Shown here: positions 60,282-64,000 of the stretch, piece by piece
Position numbering within the stretch: position 1 is the first letter of the stretch
Layout of the letters: each line of letters starts with the position of its first letter
Assembly (NCBI GenBank): GCA_938021675.1
Contig: CALIFY010000014.1
Span: 34,726-98,725 of the forward strand
Source of the DNA: an uncultured Acidimicrobiales bacterium
GTDB taxonomy: Bacteria > Actinomycetota > Acidimicrobiia > Acidimicrobiales > SZUA-35
Direction of reading: 5' to 3'
DNA length: 64,000 nt
Notes under the pieces: generated by a model
What the model was told of the DNA's origin: nothing
Database searches by the model: none
The model's input: the letters and a program-made list of their open reading frames with translations, nothing else
Translations under genes and position numbers: made by a program

Positions 60282-61187
60282 ATGCCGGAGAGTTCGTTGG
60301 TCGACCCGTCGCCTCGAACCATCGGGTCGTTACAAGTTGGCCCATTGGCCTTTGGGTTGTGGCGATTCACCAACCCAGACATCACGCAGGCGACGGCGTT
60401 ACTCGAAGCCGCCCTCGACGCCGGATGCAACCTGATCGACACCGCCGATGTGTACGGATTCGATTGGGGCGGGACGGGGTTTGGAACCGTCGAAGACATC
60501 CTCGGTCAGGTATTGGCGGCATCGCCAGGACTCCGCGATCGGATGGTGCTGACCACCAAGGGCGGAATCCGACCGCCGGTGCCATACGACTCCAGCCCTC
60601 GTTATCTCCGCAGTGCGTTGGAGGATTCACTCCGCCGTATGGGGGTCGATCGCGTCGAGCTGTACCAAATACATCGACCGGACCTGTTCGGGCACCCGGC
60701 TGAGACCGCCGACACCTTGCTGTCCATGATCGACGATGGTCTGGTGGCTGCCGTCGGGGTCTCGAATTACACGCCGGCTCAGACCGGCGCCCTTGCGGCT
60801 CACCTGGATGGAAAACTGGCGACGACGCAGCCCGAGTTCTCAGTCGCTCAACTCGATCCGTTGCGCGACGGCACCCTCGATCTCTGTCTGGAGACCGGCA
60901 CGGTGCCGCTCGCTTGGAGCCCGCTCGGTGGGGGCCGTATTCCCAGTGGCGATGACCTGCCGACGGGTCTTGTCGAGACACTCGATCGGCTTGCCGAACG
61001 AGAAGGCGTCGATCGCTCAGCGATCGCCTTGGCTTTCGTGCTGTGCCATCCCGCACGGCCGGTGGCCATCCTCGGCACTCAGAACCCAGACCGGATCGCC
61101 TCATCGATGACCGCGCTCGGTGTGCGTCTCGACCGCAACGATGTCTACGACTTGATCGAGGCGTCGGAGGAGACGCCACTCCCATGA
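60282..61187 (+). CDS. Aldo/keto reductase
   Basis: NLIDTADVYG, LTTKGG and ELYQIHRPD motifs. Confidence 0.8.
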   Translation: MPESSLVDPSPRTIGSLQVGPLAFGLWRFTNPDITQATALLEAALDAGCNLIDTADVYGFDWGGTGFGTVEDILGQVLAASPGLRDRMVLTTKGGIRPPVPYDSSPRYLRSALEDSLRRMGVDRVELYQIHRPDLFGHPAETADTLLSMIDDGLVAAVGVSNYTPAQTGALAAHLDGKLATTQPEFSVAQLDPLRDGTLDLCLETGTVPLAWSPLGGGRIPSGDDLPTGLVETLDRLAEREGVDRSAIALAFVLCHPARPVAILGTQNPDRIASSMTALGVRLDRNDVYDLIEASEETPLP

Positions 61188-62290
61188 CCGAAACGACGCC
61201 ACCGGAGATCGCCTGGTTCTCCGCCCTCTGCGACGATGACTATGAGTTTCTCGGGGTCCCCAACCCGGAGTTGGTATCGTCGTGGCCCCATTGCCGCGAC
61301 ATCGTCACCACCGCCGACAACCTGGGGTTCGACAATGTCCTCCTGCCATCGGGCTACGAACTGGGCATCGACGCGGTGGCCTTCGCCTCGGCGGTGGCCA
61401 CCGTCACCGAACGGATACACCTGTTGCTGGCGGTTCGGATGGGTGAACTCTGGCCGCCCCAATTGGCTCGACAGTTAGCAACCGTCGATCAGATGGCCGG
61501 CGGCCGTTTGACCATCAACATCATTTCCAGCGACCTGCCCGGGCAGAAGTTGGACTCCGAACCTCGCTATCAGCGGACCCTGGAATACATGGAAGTGCTC
61601 CGCCTCCTGCTCGATCGCCAGGCGGTCGACTATCACGGAGAGTTCGTGGAACTGACGCTCGATCCACCTCGTATCGGAGCGGTCGACGGGCGGTGTCCTC
61701 CCTTTTACTTCGGTGGATTTTCCGACGCGGCCAAGGAGACGGCGGCCGCCGCGGCCGACGTGTTCCTCACCTGGCCGGACACGGTTGCATCGGTCGGGGC
61801 CACCGTGACCGATATGCGACAGCGAGCCGACCGCCACGATCGCCGGTTGGCTTATGGTCTCCGGTCGCACGTGATCGTTCGGGAGACCGAGGCCGAGGCG
61901 GTGGAGGCGGCCCGCCGCCTGATCTCACGTCTCGATCCCGACACCGGCGCGTCGATCCGCCAAAAGTCGTTAGACGCCACCTCGGTCGGCGTGTCCCGCC
62001 AAGCCGAACTCCGTGACGCTGCCGATGACGATGGTTTCGCCGAACCGAACCTGTGGACCGGCATCGGCCGGGCCAGAAGCGGGGCCGGAGCGGCCATCGT
62101 GGGCGACCCGGACCAAGTGGTTGCCAAACTTGAGGCGTACCGGGAGATTGGCATCGACGCCTTCATCCTGTCGGGGTATCCCCATAGGGCCGAGGCGGAG
62201 CTGGTGGCTGAACACGTCCTTCCCCGACTGTCCCACCGGCCGTTCAAGCCGGACTTCTCCCGGCGCCGTCAGCCGGAGATGCCGTCATGA
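61184..62290 (+). CDS. LLM-class (luciferase-like) flavin/F420-dependent oxidoreductase
   Basis: Luciferase-like TIM-barrel pattern (LATVDQMAGGRLTINIISS...). The start was moved to ATG 61184, overlapping the AKR stop (ATGA). Confidence 0.7.
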   Translation: MTETTPPEIAWFSALCDDDYEFLGVPNPELVSSWPHCRDIVTTADNLGFDNVLLPSGYELGIDAVAFASAVATVTERIHLLLAVRMGELWPPQLARQLATVDQMAGGRLTINIISSDLPGQKLDSEPRYQRTLEYMEVLRLLLDRQAVDYHGEFVELTLDPPRIGAVDGRCPPFYFGGFSDAAKETAAAAADVFLTWPDTVASVGATVTDMRQRADRHDRRLAYGLRSHVIVRETEAEAVEAARRLISRLDPDTGASIRQKSLDATSVGVSRQAELRDAADDDGFAEPNLWTGIGRARSGAGAAIVGDPDQVVAKLEAYREIGIDAFILSGYPHRAEAELVAEHVLPRLSHRPFKPDFSRRRQPEMPS

Positions 62291-63405
62291 GTGCCGACCC
62301 GGCCGGCGGGACGGCGCCCGAGGTTATCGAAAGTGACCTCCGCTACGGAATTATCGGCGCTGGGATGATGGGGGTCGAGCACATCGTCAATCTCAACGCG
62401 CTCGACGGTGCTCGGGTGGTGGCCGCCGCCGATCCTCATGAGCCATCGAGGGTTGCCGCCACCGAAGCAGCCGACAACTCTATCGACCTGTATGAGCGGT
62501 ACCAGGACCTGCTCGACGCAGGAAACTGTGACGCGCTCGTGGTGGCCACCCCGAACCACACTCACGTCGATGTACTGGCCGATGTCTTGACCACCGAGCT
62601 TCCGGTTTTGATCGAAAAGCCGATGTGTACCACCGTCGAGGACTGCAGGAAAGTGGTCTCCATGGCTGCCGATCGGTCGGCCCCGGTGTGGGTTGGGCTT
62701 GAATACCGGTACATGGCTCCGGTCGCTCGCCTCATCCAACAGGTTCGGTCCGGGGTCGTCGGTCCGGTCAGGATGGTGGCGATCCGAGAGCACCGGTTCC
62801 CGTTCCTTCAAAAGGTAGACGACTGGAATCGCCTGAGCCGACAGACCGGCGGCACGTTGGTCGAGAAGTGCTGTCATTTTTTCGATCTGATGAACCTGCT
62901 TGTCGGCGAGCGTCCGCGTCGAGTGTTCGCTTCTGGCGGCCAGGATGTGAATCACCTCGATGAGGTGTATGGCGGTGAGCGGTCCGACATTCTCGACAAC
63001 GCGTTCGTCATCGTCGATTACGAGGGCGGGGCGCGGGCGTCGCTCGATCTGTGCATGTTCGCCGAGGCGACGAGGAACCAGGAGGAGGTGTCGGTCGTCG
63101 GTGATGCCGGCAAGATCGAGGCCCTTCTTCCCCAGAACGAGGTACGGGTCGGTCGTCGGGGCGAGCACACCATCGGGTCGGTCGATGTCGAATCGGTGCG
63201 TCCGGGGGATCTCGATCACGTCGGTCACATCGGCCAGCATCACGGCTCGTCGTTCGTGGAGCATCAACGGTTCTTGGCCGCCATCCGAGCCGGGGTTCCG
63301 CCTGAGGTGACGGTCCACGATGGTCTGATTTCGGTCGCTCTCGGCGTCGCCGCCCATCGCAGCATCGAGACGGGTGGTCCGGTCGACATGAGCGACGTGT
63401 TGTAG
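62287..63405 (+). CDS. Gfo/Idh/MocA family NAD(P)-dependent oxidoreductase
   Basis: LRYGIIGAGMMGVEHIVNL Rossmann start and an EKPM motif. ATGA overlap with the upstream stop. Confidence 0.8.
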   Translation: MSADPAGGTAPEVIESDLRYGIIGAGMMGVEHIVNLNALDGARVVAAADPHEPSRVAATEAADNSIDLYERYQDLLDAGNCDALVVATPNHTHVDVLADVLTTELPVLIEKPMCTTVEDCRKVVSMAADRSAPVWVGLEYRYMAPVARLIQQVRSGVVGPVRMVAIREHRFPFLQKVDDWNRLSRQTGGTLVEKCCHFFDLMNLLVGERPRRVFASGGQDVNHLDEVYGGERSDILDNAFVIVDYEGGARASLDLCMFAEATRNQEEVSVVGDAGKIEALLPQNEVRVGRRGEHTIGSVDVESVRPGDLDHVGHIGQHHGSSFVEHQRFLAAIRAGVPPEVTVHDGLISVALGVAAHRSIETGGPVDMSDVL

Positions 63406-63513
63406 CGGCCGTCCTCGGCTGGTCTGGCTCTGCGCGACGGCGGCCGGACGTTCTCACAACAGACTGACGGTAAATAGCCGGCAAACGTTCGTTGTCGGCG
63501 ATAGTCGCCGGTT

Positions 63514-63957
63514 ATGAGCGCTCCTAGTGTGTGGATCATGGATCCTGGTGTCGGCGTTCTTTTCCTCTGTGTCCACAATGCGGGTCGGTCTCAGATGGCT
63601 GCTGGATTCCTGAGAACACGTAGTAGCGACCGGGTTCGGGTGTTGTCGGCCGGGTCTGATCCCGGTGAGACGATCAATCCGGTAGCGGTGGAAGCTATGG
63701 CTGAGGTGGGGATTGATATTTCCGGGAACACGCCCCAGCGGTGGACCGAAGAGATGCTTGATGAGGTCGACGTCGTGGTCACGATGGGTTGCGGAGATAC
63801 CTGTCCGGTGGTGCCCGGAACGCGTTACCTCGATTGGGAATTGACCGACCCGGCCGGCCGGGGACTCGAACTGGTGCGTGCCGTGCGGGACGAGATCGAG
63901 GAACGGGTCACCAAGTTGGTCGCAGAGTTGGCTGTACATCCGGAGGATGTGGTGTGA
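63514..63957 (+). CDS. arsC: Arsenate reductase, LMW-PTP type
   Basis: CX5R P-loop LFLCVHNAGRSQMA and later Cys residues (MGCGDTCP). The start may be ATG 63538. Confidence 0.8.
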   Translation: MSAPSVWIMDPGVGVLFLCVHNAGRSQMAAGFLRTRSSDRVRVLSAGSDPGETINPVAVEAMAEVGIDISGNTPQRWTEEMLDEVDVVVTMGCGDTCPVVPGTRYLDWELTDPAGRGLELVRAVRDEIEERVTKLVAELAVHPEDVV

Positions 63958-64000
63958 CGGCCAACCGCTTGGAGTCCCGGCTCGCTGCGGAGTTTGTCGG
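63954..64000 (+). CDS. Start of a possible MIP-family channel (partial, 15 codons only)
   Basis: GTG overlaps the arsC stop (GTGA). VTANRLESRLAAEFVG resembles the N-terminus of aquaporin-type channels (..AEF.GT). This is very little sequence. Confidence 0.25.
   Translation, partial: MTANRLESRLAAEFV

Noticed and set aside
59371-60345. 324-aa ORF antisense to the LacI gene. Similar cases: 33750..34352(-) antisense to the UDG gene, 21908..22840(-) antisense to the ECF sigma, 16272..17120(+) antisense to panB/panC, 49027..49815(-)
   Set aside because: These are antisense shadows of genes with clear family motifs. Their translations are low-complexity and Arg/Ser/Pro-rich.
1-64000. Toxin-antitoxin pairs, restriction-modification or other known defence systems, prophage genes, rRNA and tRNA genes
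   Set aside because: I scanned the translated ORFs and intergenic regions for their usual signatures and recognised none. This is a by-eye negative. A proper scan (tRNA and rRNA finders, defence-system HMM sets) could still find something.

Overview
High-GC, densely packed bacterial chromosomal segment. Several hallmarks point to Actinomycetota, possibly an Acidimicrobiia-like lineage (inference only, no search was possible): an LCP ligase, panB-panC-DUF2520, the SCO1664/DUF3090/phosphomutase trio, DUF2079, and a YciI gene next to a long ECF sigma factor. I support about 60 protein genes, and many are translationally coupled by ATGA/GTGA/TGATG overlaps. I recognised no rRNA, tRNA, CRISPR array, transposase or integrase. 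Many long ORFs in the track are antisense shadow ORFs typical of high-GC DNA, and several real genes start well inside the listed ORF. I moved those starts and give the reason in each case. Gene content falls into these groups: (1) envelope proteins (two DUF4214 proteins, a giant disordered membrane protein, OmpA-like, LCP, lipoproteins); (2) a notable number of base-excision and alkylation repair genes (ada-alkA/ogt, fpg, a second alkA-like gene, family-5 UDG, tag); (3) panBC; (4) a SahR-like ArsR-methyltransferase regulator with metF; (5) cysDNC next to glycosyltransferases; (6) an alpha-glucoside ABC/GH13/LacI locus with two near-identical predicted operators; (7) arsC. The lead candidate for something undescribed is a compact four-gene minus-strand cassette at 36.1-38.9 kb. 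It encodes a signal-peptide protein, an Amidoligase_2-type ligase, an ECF sigma factor and a membrane-anchored protein. The first and last proteins each carry two copies of the same unrecognised ~60-aa module, and the copies show long runs of DNA identity. A protein with an FHA-like N-terminal region and a degenerate FtsK-like domain lies just upstream. Other points worth a second look: short head-to-tail tandem repeats filling three intergenic regions (one would encode a TKCC(V) cysteine-rich repeat if translated); a HupE-like transporter coupled to a secreted protein, both predicted to mature with an N-terminal His; a 954-aa MalF-type permease; and a 650-bp gene-free gap. All family assignments come from motif recognition by eye. 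No HMM or BLAST search was run.
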